This document shows positions 50,157 to 64,000 of a stretch of DNA of 64,000 nucleotides, piece by piece. The number at the start of each line of letters is the position of its first letter. The first letter of the stretch is position 1. The translations under genes and the position numbers were made by a program. This DNA comes from Amphiscolops sp. MND2022 (lineage: Eukaryota), in the NCBI GenBank assembly GCA_964187785.1, contig OZ076411.1, forward strand, positions 37,820,001 to 37,884,000, given 5' to 3'. Under the pieces are notes generated by a model, which saw only the letters and a list, made by a program, of their open reading frames with translations, was not told the DNA's origin and did no database searches.

Positions 50157-51096
50157 CTAATGATAGACATAGCTTCCCTTGTTCTTGAGTATTGTAAGAA
50201 TCCGCTTATCCATTGGTTTTTTAAGGTTTTGAAAAGTATGAGGTTCAAAATTCGAACAAATAGATTTGATCGAGTCCCAGAGATTACTTTTATTGTTGTA
50301 CTGCTTTCCACTTTCGTATAATTTTGCTTTTACGACAGCCCACAAGTTTTTTATTGGATTGAGATCCGGAGAGTTTGCTCGCCAATTCATTAGATGCTTT
50401 CCCGACAAATTATGAATGCGTAGAAAAACTCTAGCCATGAGGGACGCGTGGGATGGAGCATTGTCGTGCATGAAAACAAAGTTGTCGTGAAGGCCAGGTT
50501 GTAGAAGATGTATTTCAGGAATCAAATTTTGTTCCAGAAACTCGGTGTATGTGAAAGCGGTCGTTTTCACGCCGTCCGGTACCTTGAACGGGCCTATGAG
50601 TTTAGCCCCAAGAATAGCTGCCCAAAACATGACCCCTCCCCCGCCTTGCTGTCGTCGTAACCTAACTGGGATATCCAGCTTGTTCAATACCCAACCTCTT
50701 GAGAACACATCTGGGCCATCCAGTAAACATAACTTTATCAAAATTTTGATTCATGTACTTAACTGCAAATTCAACTCTCCTTTCCTTATGGTTCATAGTC
50801 AATGGAGGCTTTTTAATCGCTGATTTCATTTCAGTCAGGACTTGGATTGTCCTCCAGCGTCTAGTTCTAGATTCAACTAGAACATTGCTTTCATTGAAAC
50901 ACTCTCGAGACGTCGTAAGTGTGTTTCGAGCAATTGCCATCTTCAAAACCGTCATTTCCTTTTTCTTGATAATTTTAGAGTGGCTTTTGTCACTTCTACT
51001 TCTGACTTTGGATGCTTTTTGAACAAAATTTTTCATTGTACGGTGGTCTCGAGATAATATTCTTGCTATATCAATTGTAGTTATTTGATTAGACAA
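50157..51096 (-). pseudogene. Tc1-family transposase, frameshifted
   Basis: HTH IARILSRDHRT; VMFT/DGPD; GGGVMFWAAI; FMHDNAPSH; WRANSPDLNPIKNLW (catalytic E appears as K); frameshift ~50720; TIRs not located. Confidence 0.92.
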
Positions 51097-51556
51097 TAAT
51101 TTGACTATCTGATCTTATTTAAATTGTTGTCAGATCACGTTTCCTCCCCATAATGTTGCCTGTATACAAATGCGAAATATTATTAACAAAATATTGCCAT
51201 AAAATTGATGAAGGTGCAAGTATTTAATTACTCTTGTTGAAAATACTGTTTCTTGCTTAGTAATTTGAAACCGATTTGTGTTTGTCTGTTGCAATTAATG
51301 TTTGAATACAGTTTGAATGAAACCGGAAACTGCATGTGAAACGATTGTGAATGAAACTGTGTTCAAACCATTCACTTGCTTAATAATTGGAACGCACAGT
51401 GTTTTCACCAATACAAGGGTCATATTGTTCGTTGCGTTCTTCTAAAGTGAACGAAAACGAACCAAAGAAGCCGAAAAAAACATAACCAAAAATTCACAAA
51501 GAGTCATCGCTTTTCGTCAGTTTTTTTTTAGATACACCTGAACTTTTCAACATAGA

Positions 51557-52143
51557 TGTCGTAAGCTTGTTCTGTGAACTCGTCTTGAAGACGATTACGA
51601 TTAATCTCACTTGTTGATTTGCTTCTGAATTTTTTGTTCCGGTAATCATCGGTAAAAGATTCCGGTCTCTCGACCGGAACTTTCCATCCCTTTTGTGCCA
51701 CGTGTCCCGATCCGGCCTTAAGGGCTTCTTGGATTTGAGGCAAAACTTGATTACTAATTGCATCACTAATTGCCCTCTGCATCTGAACACTAACACTGTT
51801 TATCATTTCTCCTCCTCTTCTCTTGAGATTCTTGAATTGAATTCACCTAATAATCTGTTGAACTCAGCACTAAAACTTGCACCGGTAGAATTTTGGCCAA
51901 GATCGGCGCTATCACCAGATCTGCTCACCCTAGTATTTGGATGGAGATTTTCCTCATTATTCTTTGAGACGTCACCATTATCACTTCTAGGCCTCCTAGC
52001 AAGGATACTATCCTCTGTTTCCTCTCTATCAAAATAGCGTCTACCTTTTATTATACCTTCTTTATTTATAAGTTCTTTATTTCAGATAGCATTGCTTGTT
52101 CGCTAGACTTTCTTGCTTTCTTCTGTTTCCTTATGGTAGGCAT
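51557..52143 (-). mobile_element. LTR-like 3' end with ORF start
   Basis: MPTIRKQKKARKS...MINSVSVQMQRAISDAISNQVLPQIQ...QAYD ending GCTTACGACA; homologous to 24708-25272. Confidence 0.6.
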
Positions 52144-53266
52144 GGAAGACCCAATTATAAATATTTGAATTGTTTTAATCGGAAAACTGTTTTTATTAAG
52201 TAAGTACGAACGCTAGAACAATTCACAAAGTTGTGTCCTCCCAGAGAAAGTAACGGCTATATATACTCTCCCGAGGGTGACACGCGCAGTTTTTAAATTT
52301 TTTGAGGATGTTAGGCTCAATAAAAAACTCGAAACATGTGAAATCAAATTCATTTTCAATCAACGTTTCACATTCTTTAAAAATCATATGACAATCAACT
52401 ACAAAGGTCGTCAAAGTTTAAACTGCAACTTCAAGCAATTCCTACTTCATCGATGAAAACAACTATTTCAAAACTGTCAACAAATATCTTAAGATATTGC
52501 AGGAATGCAGTGTTGGCACGTGCTGCCACGTGAACGCTGCCGAGATGAGCTAAGCATAAAATACACGAATACATGTATGGTCTTGCATAATACTACTGCC
52601 TAATCTGGATAATTAATCTAAAATAGCAACAATTGTGGTAGCCCGGGTTAATTCAATATAGTTCGGCTAATATAGCACTTTACAAGGTGAGGTCTGAATA
52701 GGCTAACTGCCTCATATCACACGATCATCATTAAAGTACGAATAAATGGCTTTAACCGCCAAGTAATAACAATTCGGTGGTACTGATAGTTAATGCTACA
52801 TTGGAGGGGTTATTTATTTAACACACAAGCACAATAATGTTGGTTAATTATAAGACTAATTAACAACATAATTGCATCTCACACAAAATAGCTGGAACTG
52901 GCCATTGGACTGAATTACTTATCATAAAGAGAGGAGTTGTGTCAATTGGCCTTACTCGACCATTAATGAATGAAAGCGATAATAGAGCATCGAATGATGA
53001 AAATTGATTGGACGAGACAGCGTGCTCAAGTGACGTTTCTGCAACTGCGCTCTACGCCACTTGAGCACGTTTCCGTTACTGCCGTACAGTTGTATTCAGC
53101 TCATATTTATTTGATTTACACATACAGCGTCTTTTGACAAATCTAGCAACTTCATTTGGATTACTAAATCGTACATTCAACAGACTAAAAAAACAAATGT
53201 AAAAATAGAGTTTAAAAGATGACTTGACTAGAACGTTGATTTGGTAAAATATTCAACAGTTGCATT

Positions 53267-54341
53267 TTAATAAATAGGGAGCGTTCCGGGCGCTATTTGC
53301 TGACCAATTGCAGTTGTTGTTATCTTTGTACCATCGAAGGCGGCAGCCTGCGACACTGCAGGTGTTAAAAAGAGTAACGAACCTGCATTCAGACCATTTT
53401 CATAGGCTTCTCTTCAAAGTCTCGTGACTTGTTCCGGTTTTTCCCTACCTGTAGAGCTTCTCATGTAGAGATCTATTTTCTCCTTTGATGGCATCTGCCG
53501 TGCGACCACAAACCAGACATCCTGTATAGATGGTTTCGCTCACGTCCTGGTAGGCCCTTGTGTTCTGTATATGATAGCCTGCTCTGAAGCTCGAAACCGC
53601 GGCCAAATTGATGGGGATATCCACCGACGGGCCCCTCTCGTGAGGGGTCGGAGACATGGGTGATTCAGCGACTGGGATAGTGGTTTTGCATAGCTGAATT
53701 CTTTGCAGAGCGCTCTCCTTCTGACACACTTTTTCGTCAAAGTATTCCTGCCCTAATTCCTGCCCTAATTGGGCAGTCTCGTACATGGGCCTGCTACCAT
53801 TTCCTCTTCTTCGCCTTCGACAGTCTTTATGCGTCCGCCGCTCAGTACTGGACTTGCGTGTACTTTTCTTTCAAGACTTTTGATTAGTTTGGATCAATCG
53901 GAGTCCCAACCATCATACACTTCGCCGCTCTCGTCGAAGTTAGAATCCAAGTCATCTGTTTCAAAGAGCCTTTTGGACGAGTTGTATCTTTGCATTATTC
54001 GCTTTTTTTGCAATTTTGAACTTTCAAGGAGCAACCTGGTTAGGCGAGATTTTTAGGCAGGATGAAGCTGCTGAGATTCCTGAAGTAAACCGAGTCAGGT
54101 CTTTTCCCGGCAAAATCGTTTTGGCGGTTTACCACTTGGTAAATTACCCCGAGTCAACCTAAACTTTTCTGAATGGATTTCCACTTGCTGTCGGCGGCCT
54201 TTGGAATTCCGATGTTTTCCCCTCATTTCCATCATCATCAGAAGATGTGTTAACAGCGCTTGAGTTGTTAATATCAAATACACTTGTCTCAAGTGGGTAA
54301 TTAACTGGTTGTTTGAAGGCAATTAACGGCACGCGTGACAT
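53267..54341 (-). pseudogene. Accessory ORF (~350 aa, frameshifted) of a minus-strand LTR element
   Basis: Blocks MSRVPLIAF..TSSDDD, RLFETDDLDS, GCLVCGRTAD, NGLNAGSLLFLTPAVSQAAAFDGTKITTTAIGQQIAPGTLPIY*. Confidence 0.55.
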
Positions 54342-54699
54342 GTTTCTCTCAAAATGGCTTCAGCAAATCAAAATCCTTTATCGATTAAAATGAAAAATGA
54401 ATAACAAAATGGCGGAAAATGATAATTTTAAGTAATTCAAAATGACGGACATTCTGACGAGAAGATATAAGGGCAACGGAACAATACGGTAAAACGAAAC
54501 AGGGTAAAAGGCCATAATTGGCTCCTAAGTAACAAAGTTGTAAACAATGAAGACTCCATGGCAGACTTTATGCACAGTTTTAAAAATGTAAATAACCATA
54601 AAATATTAGTCTGGTAAACTTCTTTAGCTACGAACTCCAACTTTCTAATTTCTGATTGTTTTTTCTTCCAATTCCATTATCATTCATCGGTCTTTTTCT

Positions 54700-55772
54700 G
54701 TCTTCAATTGCTGCTGCTGACTTCATCTTTCTCAGAGCATTCCGAATCTTCTTGCCTCTTCAGCCGAAACCGGCCGATTTCCCCAACTTCGTCAACTAAA
54801 AAAAGGACTAAATCCCAGGAGGCAATCTTATCTCAGCAGAATGTGTTCAAACACAGGTTTGTTTGGATTTTTATTTTGACTAATTTAACTTGATCAGGGC
54901 TAAATTCTGTTCATAAAACGCTTTCTGTTTCCATCACTGAACACATGATAACACGTTTCATTCATTTTCTCAAAACACTTCCGGAAGATTTCTAATGCGG
55001 GAAAATGGATTTCTTTCAAGGAAGTCCACCGCTATAGTTCATCTCTTTTCGTTTAGAGAATCAACCACCTGAACCCGAGACACTGCCAAATTCTTCCCCC
55101 AGCCTTCAATCTGCCACAGCTGGAAAAATTGCCCCTGCCCCTCAAACTGCCGTTTGGCCTCTCAGCTCTTCACGAAGTGCTGATAGTGAACCGGACGTCA
55201 ATGCATACGCTGCAGCCATGGTGCGGAGTATGGAGACTGAGCGACATCTTGGCCAAGAAGGGCACGCTGTTGCAGTAACAAGAGATGAATTGAAGCTCAC
55301 ATTGCCTCAATTTCACAACTGCCCGAGCTATTGCCCACCTCAAGTCAGGATCATGAGGACACAGCCACAAACGTCCCTCAATCCGAAGACGACAACGAGT
55401 CGTCCGTCTATGAAGTTCCTGCACTGCCCAACAAAGAACCTAAAGTTCGGTTCCTGACTGACCTGAGCGAGGGGGAAAACTGTTGAGGAAGCGAGCGACG
55501 TGGGGTGTCCTTTCTTGTACGGGAGCATCCCCAGTGCAACTGAATCAGGAGCTGAAGCTGAAGAGGAATCCGGACACAACACCCTGTTCCAACAGGGACT
55601 CATTGCTTCGACCTCCAGAGGAACATAAGAACAACTCCGGGAACTGTCTGGAAGACCTCGAGCCATCCTCAAAACATTTTTTGAGGAGACAAAAGCATTT
55701 AACCTGCCAAGGGGTCATCCAACTGTGGCCTTCACTGAGCCACAAATTTATCACCTACTCCGGGTCTTAACA
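54700..55772 (+). pseudogene. 5' exons of a spliced gene, divergent from 53267-54341 (truncated)
   Basis: 41-nt intron 54857-54897 (GTTTGT..CTAAT..TCAG); acidic low-complexity ORF blocks; TVAFTEP resembles TVGFTEP near 34090. Confidence 0.4.
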
Positions 55773-55859
55773 CACAACACCCTCAGGATGTCCCATGTCC
55801 CATCACAACGATCCCATTGACACCACCCTGCCTGCAACAGAACCACCTCCCTCAGTGGC

Positions 55860-58800
55860 CGTACAAGACCCAATTTTCAGACTGGCAGGCGTCTTGACGA
55901 ATCTCCAGAACCGTCCAGCAGCCAACAGCTCACTATCCGCCCAGTCAACGCTAGTACAATGACTTTTGATGGCAAAAATGAGAAATTTGAGCTGTTCGAA
56001 GATATATTTCATACGATGATCATGATGCAACCAGAGATGTCTGAACGGGTGAAAATCAGTCACTTTCACTAACGTCTTAGGAAGGGAGCGTTACAAACGT
56101 TCAGAAACATCAGCTCGGTCAATAGACGATTTCTCGAAGACGTTTTAGTCATCTTCAGACGGAAATACGTCAAACCAGAGTCCCATCCCAAGCGACGGCT
56201 AATTTTAATTGTTACCGCTTGGTATTTAACCCGAACTCGATGAAGCTACCCGAACTTCTCGAAGAACTGAATCAAGGGGCAGAAAAGGCGTTTGGCGACA
56301 ATGCTCAAAAGGTGATTGACAGAAAAGGCAAAATTGCAACCGAAATTGAAAAGATCAGTCAACATGGCCAGTTTGCAAAACGGCTCAAACGATGAAATAG
56401 TCGCTCATTTGGAATGAGAACTCGAGTTTAACGCCCTTGAGGAGTCAGATGACCTTCCTGTGACAACGATGACTTCCGCGACATCTAAGCTCAAATGTTT
56501 TCTCTCCAATGGACTATCATCTGACATCGTCTGCAATTATTGCAAAAAAACTGGCCATATGGTCAAAGACTGTGAAAAACTTCAGAAGAAAAACGAAAAG
56601 AATTCTCAAAAAAACAAACCGACTCAGAAGAAGTTTTACCCTGAGTGTGGAAATTGTGGCAAGAAGAAACACCCTGAGGAACGATATCGGCAAGGCACAG
56701 GTGCGAATCTCAAGCCTAAACGTACCAGGCCTGAAAACTGTTCGGACAACAGCCCGGACTCTGAAGCACAAAAACCGCACAATAAAACAACATCGACTAA
56801 CTCCCATTCCTCATCCAAAAAGGACGACCCAAAAAAACTAGCTTCGCGACGACTCCAACACAACGATCTAGTATCAGTCCGACAATTCGCCCGATCTGAT
56901 CCTCCAACGAAAGTTTTCGACGACTATTAACAACAATTGATGGGGTATCCCTCTGTTGTCTGGCAGCAACAGATGGAAAAAGCAACCCTCATCACATTCA
57001 ATAACACCCAGTTGTACCAAAAACCAATTCTTGTTTGGGATCCTGATTACACCACATAATTCACAAGCCGATTCAAGTCTATTCCCGCAATTGATGACTA
57101 CAATCCAACATACATCAATCCAGACTATGGCAAAGATCCCTACTGGGATACCGAAATCTATAACCAGGACTTGCTGCAATTCCAGCACGTCCTAGATGAC
57201 ATCAACCTCTACAACAACACAGTCCACGACAATCCACTGATAACTCACAACAAGAAAACTAAGGAGCTCATTGAAAACTGGCACATGAACAATGGAACCA
57301 CCCATCCAAGGTTCTCAAACCCATTCGGGACCGAGAACACCAAAAATAACGCCGAACCGTTGCCTCAGTCGCTTTTGGATAAAAAACAGTTCCAAAACGT
57401 ACTTATCATCAAAGACGGTGAGCCTGACTGTATACCGCTCTCTACCAACATCAAACTCAAGTGCAAGAAACGTTTGTTGTGTTTCCCAATGGACTTTGGG
57501 GAAGTAACCATACTCTGTCTAATCGACACTGGGGCATTGTCCAGTGCAATTCCTGAAATGGACCTCCGGAAAATCCGTTTACTTTCTCCATAATAACTTA
57601 TCCGGGAAGGTCCGCCTCCGGACTTTCAAATAATGGTCGCCAATGGACAATTAGAAACTCCTGAAAGTACAATTGAACTGAAATTTGAGGTTGGTGATAT
57701 CGAGTTCCATGAAATCTTCATAGTAATGGAGCATCTGACCGGTCCGATAATTGGACTATTGTTCCTTCAGAGAAATCATACAGTCTTGGACATGCGACAA
57801 GTAATTCTAAACTTCCCATTTTTTTCGATGCAGCTCAAATCAGCTGAACGTCGATACTCCAATGTTCTTGAACCATTATTGAACCTAAATGAAACCACCA
57901 TTCCGCCCATTGTTATAGTCCTAATAAGGACAAATTCCTTACTATCCCCGGAGAATGCAGAAACAGGCATCCTGCAGCCAAGTGACCTCCTACATGAAGA
58001 GTGCGACATAACATTTTGCCCTGCCTTGGTCACCTTGAACGAGGGCAATGTCCAAATACCCGTGAAGAATTTCACGGATCACCCTTATAAACTCAAGAAG
58101 GGACTGCATATTGCTAACTTCTCAGTCGTGACACCGGAACAGATGAAATATGTCAAACCGGTCGACCAACACTCAACTTGGCATTTATTACAAAATGAAC
58201 AAGAAAAAGCAGCACACTATGTCAACAGTCTAATCAAATTAAATAGAAATACGAAAAATTCTGAAAACTACTGGTTCCTTACACCAGAGAATGCTGGAAA
58301 CTCCGACGAACACAAACCCATCCAGAAAAAATTTTTGGGTGAATCCCATGCCCTACAGGACCTGGAGACCCTTGACCCTACCAAAGATAAAGACTCTAGG
58401 ACAAACTTTCTAGCAAACGTCGACTGGAAGGACTCAACACTCACACCTGGCAAAATAGAGAGAGTCGATGAAATACTAGTGGAATTCCATGATATCTTCG
58501 AACGACACCGATTTGACATCGGCTTGAATGAGGTATCTAAGGTGAAACTAACACCCAAGGAGAGTTCCCCAGCTTACTGCCAAAGTCTCCCAGCCCCGAT
58601 TAACCTGAAAGAAGACATACTACTCGAACTTGGTAAGTTACACAACTATGGCACAATCACAACACTTCCATTTTCCAATTATGCCAGCCCAATCTTTGCG
58701 CAGAAAAAACCGAATTGGAAACTCCGACTACTAGTCGACTTGAGAAAATTCAACAACCCAATATCTGATGAATGATTGTATAAACAATGTTCACCCTGTT

Positions 58801-61640
58801 AGTACCCTAACTGACGCTGCCAGCACATGGGCGGGGAAAAGCCCTTTTGTAAACTTGAGTGTTCGCAAGCCTATCATTGTTTGCAAATGGCTGACCACCG
58901 TTCGATTGAAATGTTGGCCTTCAAGTTTGTTAGTCGCACATTTGCATATAGACGTTTAGCACAAGGCGTTAGCACCGCGCAATCTCCATTCTCAAGTTTC
59001 ATGGGGGAATACTTTGTCAAAGTTATCAAGGCGGACCAACGTGCCCAGTATGTGGACGGTATCGACATTGCTGCCAATGACGCCGACCACCTCATTGCCA
59101 AGCAGTGAGCCACGTTCAAATGCATTCAGGAGGCAGGTCTTAAACTGACAAATGTCAATTTGGCGCAACAGAAATTGAGTTCTTCGGACGAACCATTAAC
59201 CCTCAGGGCGTCAAATCACAGAAGCAAAAGGTACATAGTTTCCCTGAGAAAACCAATTTTGCGAAGTCGAAAAAGGCTTTGCAACACTACTTGGGATACT
59301 TGAAAGACAACCAAAACTATGTCCCAAGACTGTCTGAACGCCTAGCCTCAATTTACAAGCTGCTTAAAAGTGACGAAAACGTCTTAGTATCTAAAGAATT
59401 GGTTCAACAATTTGAGGAAATTAACAAAGCACTAGATGTTGCAACTTGGCTCTTCAACAACCTCTTCCTTGCACTTTACTTCGCATTTGAAGAGTTTGGG
59501 CAAATTTTTTGGGCAAATTCCGCGAAGATGTGCAGACCTTACCAATAGAAATCAATGTCCAATCAGCAGGAGTGTCACAAGAAGACCAAGTTTCTATACA
59601 AACGATGATGATCAAACTGAAGAACAATATAATGAGAAACGAAGCAATTAGAAGAAATCCCGCCACAACCGAAACAGCCATAACAATTCAGTCAGTTTCT
59701 ACAAATCTGATAAAACAACAACCCGAGATACAGGTCCGATTACGGAAATTAAATCAGATCATTATCGAGCCATCCAAAGACGCAGTATTACAACAATTGA
59801 ATGTAAAACTCTTTCATTAGGAATATTCAGAAATTATACTGCAACAGGTTGCCCGATATTGACACTATGCTAAGAACTTGGAACGAATTGTAATCGAGGA
59901 AGATGTCCTGACAAGGCAATACTTCGATGAAACAGGGAACGTAAAATACCATCAGAGTCTTCTTCCGCAACATTTATCTCTGGAATTGCTTCAGTTCTTT
60001 CACGGGACAGCCCATAGGCACCGTGGCATATCAAAAATGTTACAGGAGATCAGACAGAAGTATTACTACCCTAACATGGCGAAACAAGTTAAAAGGTGGG
60101 TAGAAGGGTGTGAACAATGCGAGATGGAAAAACGAGTCCCCCAATGCAACAACCACACCTGAACTACTCACCTTGCCAGAATGGGACCTTGGACTCGAAG
60201 ACGCCATGCAAATCGACCTATTGCCGAATCTTCCCCCAAGTGGAGGAGTCCTCTATGCAATTGATGTCTTTTCGCGATATCTATCTGTTTACCCACTTAC
60301 GGATGCATCAGCAATCAATTTAGCGAAAGTCATCGTTGACATCATGACAACACACGCATGTCTGCCTACAACTCTGATCACAGAAAAAGGAACTGCGTTC
60401 ACTTCCACGACAATTGCGGAAACCACGCAAATATTGGCAATTACTCTCAAATGTGCAACGACCAAGCATCCATAGACGATCGGGAAGCTGGAGCAAACAC
60501 ATGCATCTCTCAAGACGAATCTCAAAATGGCATATGTGGTGAATATCGCCGACAATGGCATAAATATTTGCCGCCTACAGTTTTGAATCATTATACAAGT
60601 TATCATGCAAGCATTGGCTGCGAACCAACTCGGGTATTCCATGGACGACTTCCATACAATATCTTGGATCACAAGCTTGGAATTAATCAAAACGAGCAAA
60701 TTACACCCACAACTGAATTTGCTGAAGAAATCCAAAACCGGACGGAACTCCTGATAGACAAAACACATCAAAATATTATGCATTCCCATCTCAAATACAA
60801 GTAATATTATGATCGCAAGACGTGAGCTGCTCCACTCAAGGAGAAAGTCTATTGTTTTGAGTAACAACCCAAAGCTGATCACCAAGGGTCGAAAATCCCA
60901 CCGAGAGATTACCGTTGGGTCGAACCATTTAAAGTATAAAAAGTGTTACCTAATGAAAACTCTTTAGTTAGCCGGCTCAACTTGAATAGGACCCAATTAC
61001 TGCACCGCATTTGCCTCGAAAAGTTTGTTCCCAATCAACGACTCTGTTCCGAGAGAAACGATTACAACCGGTTGAAGAAATGATTATTCAGCAAGATGAT
61101 TTATATACAATTTCGTGGGAAACGACCTTCGGAGAATAGCTAGCCACACGAGGCAGTGAGCCTATTCCGACTAGCTTGCCGAACGGCGAACAACGGGTTA
61201 CATTCAAACACCGATGCAAGTGATACACACGAGATTGAAACTGATTACATAATAACAAGAGACAGTCCGAATAACGTTGACGAGAAAGCGCAATAGCAAA
61301 GTGAAAGATGCCCTGATGACGTCGGCAAAAGAAATGAAGCTTTTGATGCTGAAAGGTCTGAAAACTCTGATTGGTTGGATTCTGCCGTTTACCTCAAAAA
61401 TCGAGAAAAACTTTGAAGGATCTGTCTGAAAGACAGGAAAACGATGCCAATTTTTAGAAGAAAATTCTTCTAATGAAAAAGATGCAAAAGACTCTCCAAA
61501 AAGGAGGGATGATATTATCGTGCCCGAAAACTCCCAAATCGACAAAAAAATAGAAAATCTGAGCCCTGGAGGAGGGAAATACATTCTCAGGCCTAACGGC
61601 CTAACCCTCATCCAAACTACTCAGAAGACTTCAGATACTA
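55860..61640 (+). mobile_element. Gypsy element 2: gag-pol, decayed, same family as element 1
   Basis: gag TFDGKNEKFELFEDIF; CNYCKKTGHMVKDC; PR LIDTGA; RT FAQKKPNWKLRLLVDLRK, YVDGI; IN H...HRGISKM..CEQC, DVFSRY; C-terminal GKYILRPN; RNase H core missing. Confidence 0.95.
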
Positions 61641-61850
61641 GGAAAGAATTGAATATCACCCGGAAACCAGCGATACCTCTTTTTTTCTTTCCTTTTTTTC
61701 TTTTTTTTCTTTCTCCATTTAGTCCCACTAAGGATTAGTTTTTTGAATAAACGATGGGACAACAAATGAAACAATCCCTTTCAAGCAAATATTTACAGGG
61801 AATGAAAGCCAAAGAAGGAACCAATAATTGCAAACAAAAATAATCAAAGT

Positions 61851-64000
61851 TTACAGTTTGAAAGTACATAAACACATATGTGACTCATCAACAGCTGACT
61901 CATCAACAACTGAAGAATTTTCTCTAGCATCTATACGTTGAGAACGAACTGCTTTTGAGCCCAGATCTAACCGACCGATACGTAGACAGTAGTAACTTAA
62001 AGTTTTTTGTCCGGCGAAAGACATCGACGGTCTCCCAGGGATCGTAGCTTGGAGAAAAGGCAATACGCCCAAAGGAAGCAGAGAGAAGAGAGCAATTTGC
62101 GAGGTTGACATCATTTTCACAGAATGTAACAGATCCAGAAACCCCAGACAAGTAACTCTGAACTTGAAGAATGACGTCAGTGAATCGGCCTCGATGACCA
62201 GATGTATCGATACTCCCAACTACTACTCCAGGATGAGAAGGGCTTGCGGTCGTGATGCATAAACAACATAGCAAGAACAGGTAAAGGAGGTGTTCTTTAG
62301 TCTGCAGGAATTCCAGACTCATTAAGAAGTTTATAAAATCTTCTGCAGCTTCGGTGACGTCAAAGTTGGCAGAATAAATGGATCGGAGATAGTCAAGAAG
62401 TTCAACATAATAGTCTCGGCATGCCGATTTGTTTGCGGGACTGACCCAAGATCGACGTTGGAATGTGCTGAACAGCACGTCGAAACGTCGGAGTGCCACC
62501 TCAGTAGGACCCTTTAACATGGTGGATGGGTCGATTGCAGCCAACCCCTTGACTATATTGGAGCTAAGTTCAGTTTGTCGAAGCGCCTCACTGATCACAA
62601 ACTGTATATAAGGCTGGCCATCTTGAATAAACTCGGACTTGATAGTGTCGGCCGTCTTTTGAATCAAGGCTAGTTCTGTCCTCTTACCGGAGTGGACCCC
62701 TTCGGCTTTCCGCTTGCTAGCGGAAGCCACCTTGTTCATCATTCTGACTTGGACTCGGAGAAACTCCTCTGCTGCCATGAAGGTTCCATCACCGACCCGG
62801 GAACTTAAAAGGAGGAACCACGCGCTAGGAAGGGGAACACTTTCACTTGTGTACGTTCTGAAGCACAGCTGATAGATGTACCGAGAAACCTCTCCACACA
62901 GATAGAATGAGGCATCACGCCTTTGTTGCAAGTTGGTGAGAAAACTGGACTTGTCTACAAACAGAACAATGAACCAACTAGGATCATTAACAAATACTTG
63001 AGGGCAACACTAATGGACTAACAATCAGTGGCAAGCCTGTAGAAGAGCTCCAGTTTGACAAGGAAAAACTCATCACAAATGAGCGTTTATTCGAAGCTTT
63101 GCACCTCAAACAAGAAAATCCCGGTTGCCACTTATGATCTTAGGAACCTACCCTCTGCAAACTGACGAACTGAGTCAAAACAAGCGTGAATGGAACAGGC
63201 CTGATACAGTTACTTACCCTGGTTCGGACTCCCTGCTCTTGTTGGTGTGTGGGAAGAACACTTACTCGGGATAGTTCAGGGCTCCGCTGAACCCAGTCTT
63301 CAGAGTGTGATCCACCCAGAGAGATCATCAGCCAGCGTAAGACACAGAAGATGTCTAATTTTCCAAAGACACTGTAACAGGTCCTATGCATCAATCTGGG
63401 CAAGTTCATCTGTTCAAAACGGAAGCAACTCTGAATGCCCCCGAGAGAAGGTGGGAGCCTGGTCAATAGTGCGGATCAAGTTTGTGGGACCACAGAACAA
63501 GCCACGAAGTCCGCCTTAGTTAACACAACTGATTGCAGTCGAGACAGTGACCCCAGCTCCCCTGTAAATTCTGTGGTCGGCAGTTCACTTCGGCAGACGA
63601 GTACCTTGTACAAACTCTGGCCTTTCCAGAAACGGACCGACATGAAACGGTTGGGCCCTTTGTCCTCGTTTTCAATGGCGATACACGGCTCTGCGGCAAC
63701 GTGTTCAGCAATATCTGACAAAACACAGTTCAAGAAATGTTGGAAGATGGCCTGGAAGAAGACCCAATTCTGAAGAACTGAAAATACCCATAGAAGGCAG
63801 TTAACAAAAAGAACTTTCTGTCGTATGTTCTTCATTCCAGTCGAAATCACAGAGACGGGCTTGGTGGTTAGTGAAGGAACTGATTCTGGCCCATATATCT
63901 CGTAAAAAAGAGAAAATACCCTGAGTCTGCAGGAAAGGAAGTCAGCTACAATCATCAGTTGGGTCTTGGCTCAAGTCTCGGGCGTGACTAGGGCAGTAGT
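61851..64000 (-). pseudogene. Multi-exon antisense cargo gene of Gypsy 2 (runs off window)
   Basis: 335-aa ORF 61924-62931 homologous to 31155-32009; phase-compatible introns 63022-62955 and 63217-63170. Confidence 0.78.

Overview
AT-rich eukaryotic (animal-like) DNA almost fully made of nested transposable elements, with one 200-N scaffold gap (25512-25711). The taxon cannot be determined from the sequence. Contents: a near-intact CR1/L2-type LINE with PHD ORF1, a CRE-type LINE fragment, a Penelope remnant split by a 4.9-kb non-autonomous LTR element (1557-bp LTRs, 5-bp TSD), a decayed Mag-type Gypsy, two decayed Gypsy pol regions of one family, two hAT-type non-autonomous elements with 8-bp TSDs, a Tc1 transposase pseudogene and one candidate host exon (407-aa ORF). 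Most notable: (1) both related Gypsy pol regions are followed by a homologous, intron-containing ANTISENSE gene with hAT-transposase-like motifs; in the first element this gene is followed by a divergent sense accessory ORF and an LTR-like end. (2) The family's LTR-like ends carry an ORF start that runs off the terminal CA, so the terminal A plus the PBS TGG spell ATG. (3) A 956-bp internally deleted RTE-like element begins exactly at an HDV-like ribozyme fold, followed by a 2A-like DIHPNPGP motif. All alignments, folds and domain calls were made by eye.
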